DNA of 64,000 nucleotides from Pocillopora damicornis (Eukaryota): NCBI RefSeq assembly GCF_003704095.1, contig NW_020845647.1, positions 434,001 to 498,000 of the forward strand, read 5' to 3'. Shown piece by piece: positions 1 to 12,904 of this stretch (position 1 is its first letter; each line of letters starts with the position of its first letter). The notes under the pieces were generated by a model. It saw only the letters and a program-made list of their open reading frames with translations, ran no database searches and was not told where the DNA came from. The position numbers and the translations under genes were made by a program.

Positions 1-132
1 GGCTAATGTGATTCCATTGTTGCCTTTACGGTTAACTTTTTTACGGGTATCGGCTAATTTTTGTCGACTTTTACGCCTAACGGCTAACTTTTTCAGCTGT
101 ATTTCGGCTGCCGGTTAACCTATTGAGACCGT
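1..132. mobile_element. Partial copy of the same MITE family in opposite orientation, cut by the window edge
   Basis: (T)ACGGTTAA/CGGCTAA repeats ending in CGGTTAACCCTATTGAGACC, the reverse complement of the 27783 end. Confidence 0.7.
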
Positions 133-2889
133 CTTTTGTTTCTGTAGGGATAAGAGAATTTTTGATAGGGATTTGGGTATTTGTAAAATAATCATAGCTT
201 TTATACGCCTTTTGATATAGGAATTTCGTTCAGCCGTAATTCCACACTTACAAAGATTGGGAAACGGGTAGAACTGCTAACAGATTTCGGTCAGTCTTTT
301 ATCGTTGTTTCTTCAATATGATACTCTACTCCAGTTTTCAATTCTACAAATCACCTTAAACAGTTTTGATCTTCACCATGACCTCTCGATATATCCAATG
401 CTGAGCGATAAAGAGAACAAAATAAAAGTAAGCTTATGAAAAAAAATCACGATAAAGCATGCAGTATAAAACCTCCACAAAGTATGTTTGAAAAACAGTT
501 TTCTGATGCGGAATTTCTCATTATTCAAAAAAAAAAAAAAAGGAAACTAGGGCCATAAGGTATAATGTTTTAGAATATGACCAAAACACTTTAAAATTCT
601 AAGCCTCCACCTTGTAGAACAGAAGTAAAGTATTGATATTGTGATGTTGGTCCCTTATTTTCATGCCTTCTTTTTACAGGATTTTCTAAGCTCTACATAA
701 CAAATTCATGGATTGATTATTTTATTTTCCAACAATCATTAAGAGTTGAGTTAAAAAAAAAAAAAAAAAAAGAAGGCAGTCACGAGCACGATATAAATAA
801 TTCTAGCTGTTATTTGCACTTTTGAAGCGTTCCATTGTAAAAATTATCACCAGTTCTTGAAATTGACATATATCACATCAGAGAGGTTTCTCTTCGCTAC
901 CGGAGATGAATTTTTAGAAGCATTGACCCTTGGCTGATGTAAGACGTTTCTTATCTCCTTAGACTTTAAAACGCATTTTAAGAACTGAATCACTACTGCT
1001 TTTATCGATGGCATCTCTCTATTTTGCGCCCTCACTTTTTACCGTGACATTTAGTCGTGAAATTAAGCGGAAACGAGATTTTTATCTGAAATCCAGAATA
1101 TCACAGTCTTTTTTCTGAGAAACACACAGTTAATTTCTGACTGGTCACGAAAGCTTTTCTTTTCAAGAAACTACTTTTTTTCCGGATGTAAAAGAGAGAA
1201 TCAGCAGTTTCAAACAATAAATCATTCCAAATGAAAAAATAAATAAATAAAAAGCTAGTTATTGAGGGAAGATAATTAAGCCTCCGAAACTGCATAACAA
1301 CCCTTCCTGCTACTTAGCTTCATACGTATTATATTCAGGATCATTTGATTTTTCCCTGAAGCCATCTTTGAAACAGGTTTTCATGTTCAAGTTCACTGAA
1401 CTTGAACATGATTCGATTTGAAATCGAATTCGATCTGTTTGATCAACGCAGAAATAGAAAACCAAGTTGGAATTCTTAGATACTCTCGTCCATTCTCTAA
1501 AGAGACAAGAGTTATGTATATGCCAGCTCCTCAAATGACTCTCAAAGTGAATTTAGCACAAATGCTTCCTATTTTTCGGTGAATAAACTACAAAAATAAA
1601 AAGGCTCGGTATAAATCATGCATATATTATCCAAGATGTTCAAAATTTGTGCTGTGGAGGCAAAAGATCGTTACCAAGTTTTTGCACAATCGGATGATAT
1701 TGTCATCTAGGATTCTCTCTCTTTTTCGATTTACCAGTGCCTTTCGGTGTTTTTTGTAAACGCATCTGTATGTGTCCCATTTGGACATGAGGTGTTATAT
1801 TGATGATACGCCAAGACCATGCAAGGTTTTAAATCAACATCAAAAATCTTATCTGAAAGACGAAGCACCAAGAAATGGTAAACCTTTATATGCACCCAAT
1901 GAGTGCTGAAAAGAAAGCGCTTGAAACTGCTTTTCATCACTTCAGCTCGTTAAAAAAGCCCTATTCTGAAAGATACCCAGCTGTCGAATTGTAACATTGA
2001 ATTGAATTAGAATCAGAATTGAATAATAAACGCCAATACCGTTCGATCTTAACTTGACTCAGGTTGTCAAGTATGAGGGGCGATCTTTCCTTCGATCAAA
2101 CTAAAATTTCATTCCTGAACAAGAAAAAAACAGTTAAGTCGCAGTGATGATACTAATAATAAAAAAATAGCTCTATGTTTATTGATTCTCGAACATAGAA
2201 GAAAAATAATAAAGGAAGGTTTGTCTCATTTCCTATCATTAATTTTTTGGTCGACGAAGGGCTGAATAATCAGCGAAAAACAATTTTTATGTGCTTATAT
2301 ACAGAAGTTTTTTTTTAACAGTACTAGATATAAAGCCATTCTTTCACTTTTAGTTTCCAAAGACAGGTACAAATGGACAATCGTCAATAAAAAGAACTTA
2401 AATGTAAAATTTATGAGGCTTGTGTTGTGGTCTCCATCGATAAAATACCCATGATCCTTGGAATAAAATCTCTCAGAAACTACCCCTCCACCTCCCCCAA
2501 TATCAGACACTGTGATGTTTCATGCGACTTAGTATAAAGAAAGAACCAGAGAATGGAAAAACATCCAAAACGATCATATCAAGCTAATATGAATTTTACT
2601 GGTTATTTTCGTAGGCTTGATTTTTTTTCCCATTAAGATGGCATTAAACCTACACAAAAGTATAAACAATGGTCACCTCCCACCTTTTCCTATTCATCCA
2701 CAAGGTTAACCACGCATTATATTAGAAAATAGTGTTTAGTGAGGAAACAGCTCTTTTTTTACCACCTTTTCCATTAATTTAATCCCAAAGTGTATCTTGT
2801 TTTAAAAACTAATGAGTGGTGGGAAATCCTACACTCTTTCACCTGAACATCTTTAATGGTAATTTGTGTCCAGATTCAACATTTCCGCT

Positions 2890-3435
2890 GCGCAGTAACA
2901 AAAGGAATCTGTTTTACCACCAATGGCTTTCAATGGGGCGCAAAGCTTTGAATTACTCAATAATGAAGCCATTTAGTTAAAGTTTGGCGCTAGTACACTC
3001 CTAATAAGTATTTTCGTCAAAACCTCCGCGCAGTAACAAGAGGAATCTGTTTTAATACCAATGGCTTTCAAATGGGGGAGCAAAATTACTCAATAATGAA
3101 CCCATTCAGTTTAAGTTTGGCGCCAGTACACTCCCAATAACTCTGTTCGTCAAAAACGCTTTATAGTAACAAAAGGAATCTGTTTTACCGCCGATGGATT
3201 CCAAATGGGGCACAAGGCCTTGAATTAATTAATGATGCACCCTTCAGCTAAAGTTTGGCGCCAGTACACTCCCAATACGTTTTTTCGTCAAAAACGCTTT
3301 GTAGTAACAAAACGAATCTATTTTACCACCGATGGCTTCCAAATGGGGCACTAGGCCTTGAACTACTTAATGATGCACCCACTCAGTTAAAGTTTGGCAC
3401 CAGAATACTCCCGACAAGACCGTTCGTCAAAACCG
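2890..3435 (+). repeat. ~137-bp tandem repeat, 4 units, upstream of gene A
   Basis: Units start at ~2890, 3028, 3161 and 3299 (AGTAACAAAAGGAATCTGTTTTACCACC..AAGTTTGGCGCCAGTACACTCCC..TTCGTCAAAA). Confidence 0.92.
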
Positions 3436-3962
3436 AAGAAAGAAACGTTGACTAGTTTTCACCACTCCAAAGGCATTTTCCCCACATATTCAAGATGTGT
3501 TTCCAAACTCATTCTTTTTGCTTTGTTTAATAAAACTGAGATCATTTTCCCTGTGGTCTTGTATGGTAAATATTTAAAACATGAAACGCGATCACAACTG
3601 ACACTCAACAACAGTCTAATCACAGATTTGATTCAATTCAATTATCACCCGTAGGTATTGTTGTTCCTGTCATTAAATGGGCTTAGTGGTCCAAAACGAT
3701 AGCAAGCCAACAAATATCAGAGTTTAAAAGACGCCCATGAAATATTGCTCTACAATAACGTATATTAATCGCTAATTTTCGAGTAGGGTTGTTCTCAAAG
3801 ACCGCAGTAATGGCCTGGTTATTGTTTCGTCCATTAAGTACCCGTATGAACATAACAGGTGAAAAAATAGTATGTTCTGTCACGAATATAAATACTACCA
3901 TTTAGTCAGTAGTTTCACTGCCCTTAATCTCCTTAGCAGCGTGCTCGGTAGAAGTTCAAAAA

Positions 3963-4677
3963 ATGAACTATAAAATTATTTCGGTATTTCTTTATCTATC
4001 GGTGGTTCTGAGCATAGTGGTGCAAAATAATGCGTTTGTTCCCCCCGATACAACAAATGGTAAAAATTTCAGAAGACGGGCTGCCGATATTTCTGGCTGC
4101 AAAAAGGTGAGGATTTTTTTCTATTGCAAATACTTTTTGTTATTTTTCAAGTATACTTGTAATTGCTAATCATGGCCGAATCTCGAATGGTTCGTTTGCT
4201 AGTTTTTTAAGGTTAAATGCAATTCATTTGACAAAACAAGTGCTCACAGCCTCTTCCGTGAAGACATCTAGAACGCCAAAGCTAAGCCATCATCTCCGTT
4301 ATAAAATGTTCCAGTATTAACATTTGAATAAAACATGAATTAAGTAAATCTACAATTGTTCATGTATTTCGATTTTCCCTATAAATATTCTCTTTCAGTC
4401 ATTATATGGAAAAATTGGCCTTATTTCAAGATATTTAATTTACATTTAGGATGTATAAATAGTTCAAAAAGGTTTTCAAGATTTTCAAGCTAACCATTTG
4501 CTTAAAGGCTCAATTAGTTGACCATTGACTAATCAATTTGTTCATTTATTTGTGAAATTTGTCGAAAAGCAACAAGCTGTCATCAAATCTTTCTGTGAGC
4601 AAGTGCTTCCCTGCCCAGGTGAACGTAAAGTCAAGGAAGAACTCGACTTCAAGAAGACTGCGGACTATCATCAGTAA
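3963..4677 (+). CDS. Secreted peptide precursor A (exons 3963-4106, 4570-4677; 83 aa)
   Basis: MNYKIISVFLYLSVVLSIVVQNNA/FVPPDTTNGKNF-RRR-AADISGCKK|QQAVIKSFCEQVLPCPGERKVKEELDFKKTADYHQ*. Donor AAG|GTGAGG, phase 0; acceptor is a weak AAG. TATAAATA at 3887 and AATAAA at 4733. Near-identical paralog B. Confidence 0.85.
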
Positions 4678-6064
4678 CTGCTGACACCGATACCAGATTG
4701 AGAATCAAGGAATGGTCTTTAAAATACTGCGTAATAAAATAAAAATGGTTATAGTAAGAAAAAAAATAAACTTGTAGTCGATGTTTGCTTACATGGCAAA
4801 AAATGCCCTATCGTTCATTGATTTCCCTCTTACGCGCACGATCTCGGTTGCAATCAGACCCTGAACGCCATCAAAAGCCAAAGGTGAAATTACCTCTGGC
4901 TTTTGTTGTTATAGACAAAATAGCTTATAGACTAGCGCAACTTTGTCACTTCTGAGGTTATTGCTTTTGATTGATTACCAACCGGGTGATATTGTCATCT
5001 AGGATTCTCTCCCTTTTTGGATTTACCAGTGCCTTTCAGTGTTTTTTGTAAACGCGTCAGCACGTGTCCCATTTGGACCTGAGGTGTTATATTGATGATA
5101 CATTAAGACCGTGCAATGTTTTAAATTAACATTAAAAATCTTATCTGGAAGACGAAGCACCAACAAATGCGAAACCTTTATATGCGCCTAATGAGTGCTG
5201 AAAAGAAAGCGCTTGAAACTGCTTTTCATCTTTTCAGCTCGTTAAAGAAGCCCTATTCTGAGAGATACCCAGCTGTCACATTTTTATTATTATTATTATT
5301 ATTATTATTCATCGTTCAATGCTAACCAAAAAATTGGTACACCTACAAGGACTACATGCCTTCCTATTTGGAAATAATTGGATGGAAAAAGTTGGCTGTC
5401 AAAATCAGAATTGAATAATAAACGCCAATGCCGTTAGATCTTAACTTGACTCAGGTTTTCAAGTATGAGGGGCGATCTTTCCTTTGATCAAATTAAAATT
5501 TCATTCATAGACTAGGAAAAATCAGTCAAGTCGCAGTGACGATACTAATAATAAAAAAAGATAGTTCTATGTTTATTGATTCTCGAACAGAGAAGAAAAA
5601 TCGTATTCCAAACTTAGCGCAGACATGAGGCCATTGGAGTTTGCTTGTTGAAGGAAGGTTTGTCTCACTTCCTATCATTAATTTTTTGGTCGACGAAGGG
5701 CTGAATAATCAGGGAAAAACATTTTTATGTGCTTATGTACAGAAGTTTTCGGGCATTATGCCCAAAAGAAGGAAGTTTTTCTACACCACTCGTTCCAGTC
5801 CTACACACCACACTGTTTCTAGAAGGAAAGAGAAAGGAAAAAAGAAGTTGACTGAGAATGAATCAACTAAAATCGAATTTTAATTTATAACCTGTTTTGT
5901 TCATTTTTTATTGTATTACTTTGTACAACTAACTTTCGAAAATCACTGTCGCGAAAACAATGGAAGAAAAACCAGAAACACGCTCTTCTCCTGTGTTGAT
6001 TCAAAATTTTGTGCGTTAAAAATCTTACCTCACTCTTAGTTTCCAAAGACAGGTACAAATGGAC

Positions 6065-7431
6065 AGGAGGCCATCACTTGGAGCCTTCAACTGCTCCGTA
6101 TTTTTGTCACGGCGTTTTCACAGACAAGTCTATTTTTAGTTTGAATTTACCGCGAACTAGGACCCCCCACGATCACGAGAGCACATCGACCAATCAAGAT
6201 TAGCGCCTTGTTAATTTCTAACTTTACTCGTTAATATATCGAAAGAAAAACAGCTGAGAGATGCAAGGCTTCGATAGTTCGAGTGCAGATTCGTGTGAAC
6301 AGAGGCGTCCCAAGCTCACGTCTCGATGAAAAGCAAACGACTAATTCATGAAAGCGTCACATGTTGTGTGACTCGGTGTTAACTTACGGGAAGAACCGTT
6401 AAGAATTTGAACATGTATTAGGAATAGCATGGGGAACGAAATATGGTGAATTTACAACGATAAATATTTCGAAATATGAACATTTTACACGTAAAATCAA
6501 TAGAATTTAATCACATCTTTTGTGTCAGTTGTGGTTCCCGGCGTTCTCTGCCGTTTTAAGCTTGCTTTGCCGTCACTGTTATTCCTGTTCTACAACGGTC
6601 GAAATCGAAGTGCGCAGCGTTGACTTCGTCTTATAACAGGAATAACAGTGAGCTTGGGACACTTGTGGTGTGAATATTTTGAAAATACCTCGGGAGGTAG
6701 CAGTTCCGAGGAAAGTTTTAGTGAAGATGAACCTGACTCTTGACTGTTCAGTGATCAAAGCGATAATAGGCAATAGATTTGACAAGATCGTAGCCCAATT
6801 TGAAAAAGCAGTGTTATCTTGCGATCTAGAAAAACGCTCTTCATTTTGTTGCACCCGCTTCTGTTCAATCCTGTGTCGCAAAATTTCCTCTGAGGACTGT
6901 GTGGATGAAGATTACTGAGATGAAGACAACTCGCACACAGCTTGCTCACGCAATTTATTGTTTCCGCGCTCTCCATCACCGCTGGCATTTCGCCTCTTCA
7001 TCGTCTTGAATTTGGTTTCTTTTCATGAAATTTTCTTTAGAGGGGCCAGAATCAGAAGAAGGATGACCTTTCATATCCAAAAAAATTAAAAAATAAATAA
7101 ATACAAATAAAAATACAACGATGATCTGCACTCCTGCCAATTTTTTCCGCAAGTGTGAACAATTTGCAAAGGATAGTGGGGTATATAAGGAAAGGAAAAA
7201 TTGGAATATTGGAATACAGCAAAAGAAAGGCGGAATTTGCGTACTTTTGATATGAATACGTCCCCGCATAGGGCCGCCATTTTTTTTCTTCTCGTTTCAA
7301 GGATCGTATGACCCAAGTGAGCTCGAGTAGCCTATTTTCCGCGAAAAGATAGTCTAAAAATGAACCGTTCTATGAAAACGCCGTGATATAGGCTCAGTAT
7401 GGGAGTTGAAGGCTCCAAGTGATGGGCTCCT
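6065..7431. mobile_element. Non-autonomous TIR DNA transposon inserted in duplication unit 2
   Basis: Terminal inverted repeats AGGAG(G/C)CCATCACTTGGAGCCTTCAACT plus subterminal TCACGGCGTTTTCA. Absent from the paralogous site at ~2380-2395. Contains broken ORF fragments. Confidence 0.85.
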
Positions 7432-7982
7432 AACTTAAATGTAGAACTTATAAGGCTTGGGTTGTGGTCTTCATCGATAATATACCCATGATCCTTGGAA
7501 CAAAATCTCTCAGAAACTACCCCTCCATCTCCCCCAATATCAGACACTGTGATATTTCATACGACTTAGTGTATAGAAAGAACCAGAGAATGGGAAAACA
7601 TCCAAAACGAACAGAAAGAAGTCTCTGAATAAAAAAGAGGATTTTGTGAACGTGAACAAAAAGCTGATCATATTAAGGTAATTTGAATTTTACTGATGAT
7701 TTTCGTAGGCTTGATTTTTTTTTCCATTAAGATGGCATTAAACCTACACAAAAGTCAAAATAATGGTCACCTTCCGCCTTTTCCTATTCATCCACAAGGT
7801 TAACCACGCACTATATTAGAAAATAGTGTTTAATGAGGAAACAGCTCTTTTTTTACCACCTTTTCCATTAATTTAATCTCAAAGTGTATCTTGTTTTAAA
7901 ACTAATGGGTGGTGGGAAATCCTACAGTCTTTCACCTGAACATCTTTAAGGGTAATATGTGTCCAAATTCAACATTTCCGCT

Positions 7983-8256
7983 GCGCAGTAAAAAAAGGAA
8001 TCTGTTTTACCACCAATGGCTTAAATGGGGCGCAAAGCTTTGAATTACTCAATAATGAAGCCATTTAGTTAAAGTTTGGCGCCAGTGCACTCCCAATAAG
8101 TCTGTTCGTCAAAAACGCTTCGTAGTGACGAAATAAATCTGTTTTACTACCAATGGCTTCCAAATGGGGCACAAGGCCTTGAATTACTTAAAGATGCACC
8201 CATTCAGTTAAAGTTTGGCGCCAGAATACTCCCGATAAGACTGTTTGTCAAAACCG
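7983..8256 (+). repeat. Same ~137-bp repeat, 2 units, upstream of gene B
   Basis: Units at ~7983 and ~8120, homologous to 2890-3435. Confidence 0.9.
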
Positions 8257-8788
8257 TAGAAAGAAAAGTTGACTAGTTTTCAGCTCTTCAACCGCATTTT
8301 CCCCACAAATTCAAGAAGATTTTTTTTTTCCAAATTCTTTTCTCTTACTATCATTAATAAAATTGAGATAATTTTCCCGGTGGTCTTGCATGGTAATTAT
8401 TTAAAACATGGAACACGATCACAACTGACACTCAACAACAGTCCAATCACAGGTTTGACTCAGTGTAATTATCACCCGTAAGTATTGTTGTTCCTGTCAT
8501 TAAATGAGGTTAATGGTCCAAAACGATAGCAAGCCAACACAAATCAGAATTTGAAAGACATCCATGAAATATTGCTCTACAATGGCGAACATTAATCGCT
8601 AATTTTCGAGTAGGGTTGTTCTCAAAGACCTCAGTAATGGCTTGGTTATTGTTTCGTCCATCATGTACCCGTAGGAAAATCAAAGGTGAAAAAATATTAT
8701 ATCCTATCACTAATATAAATACTACCATTTAGTCCGTAGTTTCACTGCCCTTAATCTCCTTAGCAGCGTGCTCGGTAGAGGTTCAAAA

Positions 8789-9597
8789 ATGAACTTTAAG
8801 ATTATTTCGGTATTTCTTTATCTATCGGTGGTTCTGAGCATAGTGGTGCAAAATAATGCGTTTGTTCCCCAGGACGACACTGGTTTCCGAAGACGGGCTG
8901 CTGATATTTCTGGCTGCAAAAAGGTGAGAATATTTTTTTATTGCATATACTTTTTGTTATTTTTCAAGTATACTTGTAATTGCCAAACACGGCCGAATCT
9001 CTAATGGTTCGTTTGCTAGTTTTTTAAGGTTAAATGCAATTCATTTGACAAAACAAGTACACAGAAAATTGAAAGTTCCAACTAACAGATCGTAATTGGT
9101 ACAAACTGTTTGGACTTTTAGAACAGTTCTGATTAACTTAAGGCTTCCAGATATACTGAAGTGCTCACAGCATCTTCCGTGAAGACATCTAGAACGCCAA
9201 AGCCAAGCCATCATCTCTGCTATAAAATGTTCCAGCAATACATTTGACTAAAACTTAAATGAAAGGAATCCTCAATTGTACATGGATTTTAATTTTCCCT
9301 ATAAATATTCTCTTTCAGTCATTATATGGAAAAATTGGCCTTATTTCAAGATATTTAATTTACATTTAGGATGTATAAATTGCTCAAAAAGATTTTCAAG
9401 ATTTTCTAGCCAACAATTTGCTTAAAGGCTCAATTAGTTGACCATTGACTAATCAATTTGTTCATTTATTTGTGAAATTTGTTGAAAAGCAACAAGCTGT
9501 CATCAAATCTTTCTGTGAGCAAGTGCTTCCCTGCCCAGGTGAACGTAAACTCAAGGAAGAACTCGACTTCAAGAAGACTGCGGACTATCATCAGTAA
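8789..9597 (+). CDS. Secreted peptide precursor B (exons 8789-8923, 9490-9597; 80 aa)
   Basis: MNFKIISVFLYLSVVLSIVVQNNA/FVPQDDTGF-RRR-AADISGCKK|QQAVIKSFCEQVLPCPGERKLKEELDFKKTADYHQ*. Indels relative to A are in frame and confined to the mature peptide. TATAAATA at 8714. Confidence 0.85.
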
Positions 9598-10845
9598 CTG
9601 CTGACACCGATACCAGATTGAGAATCAAGGAATGGTCTTTAAAATACTGCGTAATAATATCAAAATAGTTGTAGTAAGAAAAAAATAAACTTGTAGTCGA
9701 TGTTAGCTTCAGATAGAATTAAAAAGACTCTAAATTAAGTTATGTTCAGAGTATTTATAATTATGGCCATAGAGGTGGCCTTACCCACCAAGGGGGGAGG
9801 GGTGGCTCATACTCACAAACTTAAGTTATGTCGTTGGGTTTAAGGAGGGGGGAAAGAGGCAAAGAGAGAAAAGGGCGTAAACTATATCCACACCGGTATC
9901 TGGCTACGAAAAAGCCGATCAGCGATATTTTACATGGCAAAAAATGCCCTATCGTTAACTGATTTCCCTCTTACGCGCACGATCTCGGTTGCAATCAGAC
10001 CCTGAACGCCATCAAAAGCTAAAGGTGAAATTACCTCTGACCTTTTGTTGTAAGATGTAATTGGAGGGTGCAATAAGAGGGATCACTTAGAGGTAACTTT
10101 AATTGAGAGGGATCAGAAGTCAATTAAATTGCATATGACACCAAATGTTTCTTCCTGGTCTTCGTTTCTTTGATATGTGTAAAAAAAAAAACTAATCTGA
10201 GGTTACAACAAATTTCTGCAGATTACGTTTAGATAGTAAAAAAGCAATTATTTTTATTTTATTCACGATCAGCAAAGGTGCCACTTGTAAAATGACTGCA
10301 TGGTTCGAAATGGAAACCTAATTCAAGTTACTCGCTATATTCTGAGTCGCTTGGCATTGTGAGTGATAAATTTCAACGCGCAATCGCGGTCAAAATGTGT
10401 GAAATGACTCAAATTTTTACAGGAAATTTGCGCGTCGGGCAGTAAGGAGAATTGCAATTGAGCTAGATAGCAGCCTGAGTGAATGGCTTATGTTTTACAA
10501 GCCAGGTGTACCTTTACTGTATGACCTCATTTAGATTTCTGTAGCATGAGGCGGCTAGGAATATTACCACTTTCCCTTGAGGGGATGCTAGTTTATAACA
10601 CTCTTGGTGTGTCACGAAATGTTCCCGTCGTCTCCTATATTCCACTGGTATGCTCTTTACGGCTCGCGTCCACAACCTAGAAAAGACAAGTGACTCGAGG
10701 GATTCTATGGTATACTACGCAAAAGCTTTGCAAGACTATAATAAATATGTATCATCGAATTAGATTTTTGTTGAAATACAACCGAAGACGTGTGCTTACC
10801 ACTGGTTGCTAAAGCAATGACTATTGATCACAATGTAACGGAAGT

Positions 10846-12246
10846 GAGGGTCTTCAGTAGGTTTTTCAGGATGTTGGATTAGGCTCATTTGAAGGCCGGG
10901 ATCCGGGAATTTATGGCAAGAAGGGAGCGGGATGCGTGATTGCTATTATGAACGGGACGCGGGAATCAGCAATTTTGAGGAGCGGGACTCGGGAAATAAT
11001 CACTTAAACGAACCGAGAACCGGGATGTCTCAGTCATGAAAAGCACCAGGCGTACAGGTTCTTTCATTCAAGAGGCAGTCGGGCTGCTCAGCGACACTCT
11101 TCAGTTATTGCGTGGGAATGAAAATATGTCATAGGCGAAGTTGCCAATTTATCAAAAATCCTCAATGGCCCGTGTAAGGGTAACGTGGCATCTAAGACTG
11201 CTGCGTCAATTGATATGCTTAACGGCTTTGAAAAACCTCAGAATTATAAAAGTCTCAGAATTATACCGATATGATGCTCTTAACCTGTTGAGTTACATGA
11301 CTCAAGATGCGAAGAATATTCTCTCTGTTGTGCATCACAAAGATAAACTTTTCATGGTGTTAGACTACCCAAGTAACTTTGGAAATGTAGCTAAAAGAGG
11401 CTTCATGAGGACAACCCATTGGGCGGCGTAATATTTTACAAATCCAAATTCTTGGTATCTTGTGCCCGAACGTGCCAGGATCCAGTCGACCATACCGGTA
11501 ATTCAACCGTTACCACCTGTGCCGATGGCACCACAGAGCATACGGAAGATGAGGGACTGGGCGTAAACATTTGTTGCAGCAGTGCGTCAGCTCTCTGTCA
11601 GACAGGAAACAACGATGGCAAGAGCTGGAACTTCCCGTCTTACCTCTATCAGAGAGAAATTCAGCCGGTCGTACCGGTCAGCCTCGAATGCTCGGGCTCG
11701 AGGAGCAGCAAGAAAACGGCGGGAAACAAGACGGAGAGAGAGATGGAATATTGGAGTAAGATTCCCCGAGTGATGATGATGATGACATTACATCTTGGAA
11801 CAAGAGGCTGATTTATCTCCGTTGTAATGGAACTATGGGATTGCCGTGACCTTTTGTGTTTTGTGCAGTTGTTAAAAATTGTTATTCGTTTCTTTGATAC
11901 GGACCTGCCTGTACCAATACGTTTGTCCGTGATCGAAGGTTAATAAAGGGAGGTCGTTATTGTGACTAGCGTACGTTATTCGTGCAAGACTTTGAAAACT
12001 TCAAAAATGAACGTTAACGATATCGTCATTTTGGTAACCTGACGCTTTACGGTGACCATAGACTTCAACGGATCAATGCTGGTTAAGAAAACCATCACCC
12101 ACCGGAAAGGCCCTTCTAAGGAAATGGGCTTAGACAAAATTGTACGATCGAGATCGGGATTGGCCGGTATAGACCGTTGGGATTACGGTTTTGATAAAAA
12201 ATTTTTGTCGGCATCGCGGGATTGAAGAACCCTATTGGGGACCCTC
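10846..12246. mobile_element. Non-autonomous TIR element with GAGGGTC...GACCCTC ends
   Basis: Left end GAGGGTCTTCAGTAGGTTTTTCA, right end TGAAGAACCCTATTGGGGACCCTC. Flanks GGAAGT/AGAAGT resemble a TSD. Subterminal CGGGAT motifs. A second partial copy lies at 36010-36995. Confidence 0.85.
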
Positions 12247-12904
12247 AGAAGTGTGGGTGCGTGGGTGTATGTTTGTATGTGTGACTGACCATACAGCATA
12301 GACACAAATTTCAATTCTTTTCTTTTTTCCAGATGAGACAGCGCTGGCCAAAATGAAACTTAATAGGATGTATATATGAATAAAGGAACGCAACTTAATT
12401 GCTAGTATAAATATTCTGTGCAATGTTATATTCCGAGCTGTTTGTAAGTTTCATCCGTCATTTCGATAAAATACGTTTTTGACTCTTGTGAAAGAGCTCT
12501 TTGGCTTGTAAGCGTACGCAATCCGCTCAAATAATCCAACAACTGACGTAACTTAACTTAGAGAAGGCAAAACAGTTGGCTATTTAAAAGTAAAGTCGAT
12601 GGTGGAACGCAAAATCTGGTCAACAAAATAATAGTTAAAAATGCGCTATCCATATATAAGCTTTCGACAATTGATTTGATAAATTTATTCAAGAAATAGA
12701 ATCGGTCCCTTATTAGATACTCGTGACTAAAGTTTTAAAAAGGATGCTTGGTCCTCACAATTTACTACCTCACGTTTATAATTACAGACATAAATATTCA
12801 CATCATCTTTTTTTATCATATACATAAGTTAGAGAAAATATCCAGTCGTCTAAATAAATTTTGACCTTCCTCCAGCTATAGTGATGGTCATCTTAGCCTT
12901 CAGG

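Larger units (their letters stand above)
1690..10050 (+). repeat. Tandem segmental duplication carrying genes A and B (unit 1 ~1690-4910, unit 2 ~4983-10050)
   Basis: Both units start with TGATATTGTCATCTAGGATTCTCTC and end with AAGGTGAAATTACCTCTG..TTTTGTTGT. High identity throughout; unit 2 is longer through insertions. Confidence 0.95.

Noticed and set aside
2890-3435. Regularly spaced repeats as a CRISPR array
   Set aside because: Whole units are homologous with no unique spacers, and the context is eukaryotic.
4107-4169. Cys/aromatic-rich tail VRIFFYCKYF..CNC of ORFs 3963 and 8768, which looks toxin-like
   Set aside because: It lies after a consensus GT donor, so it is intron read-through.
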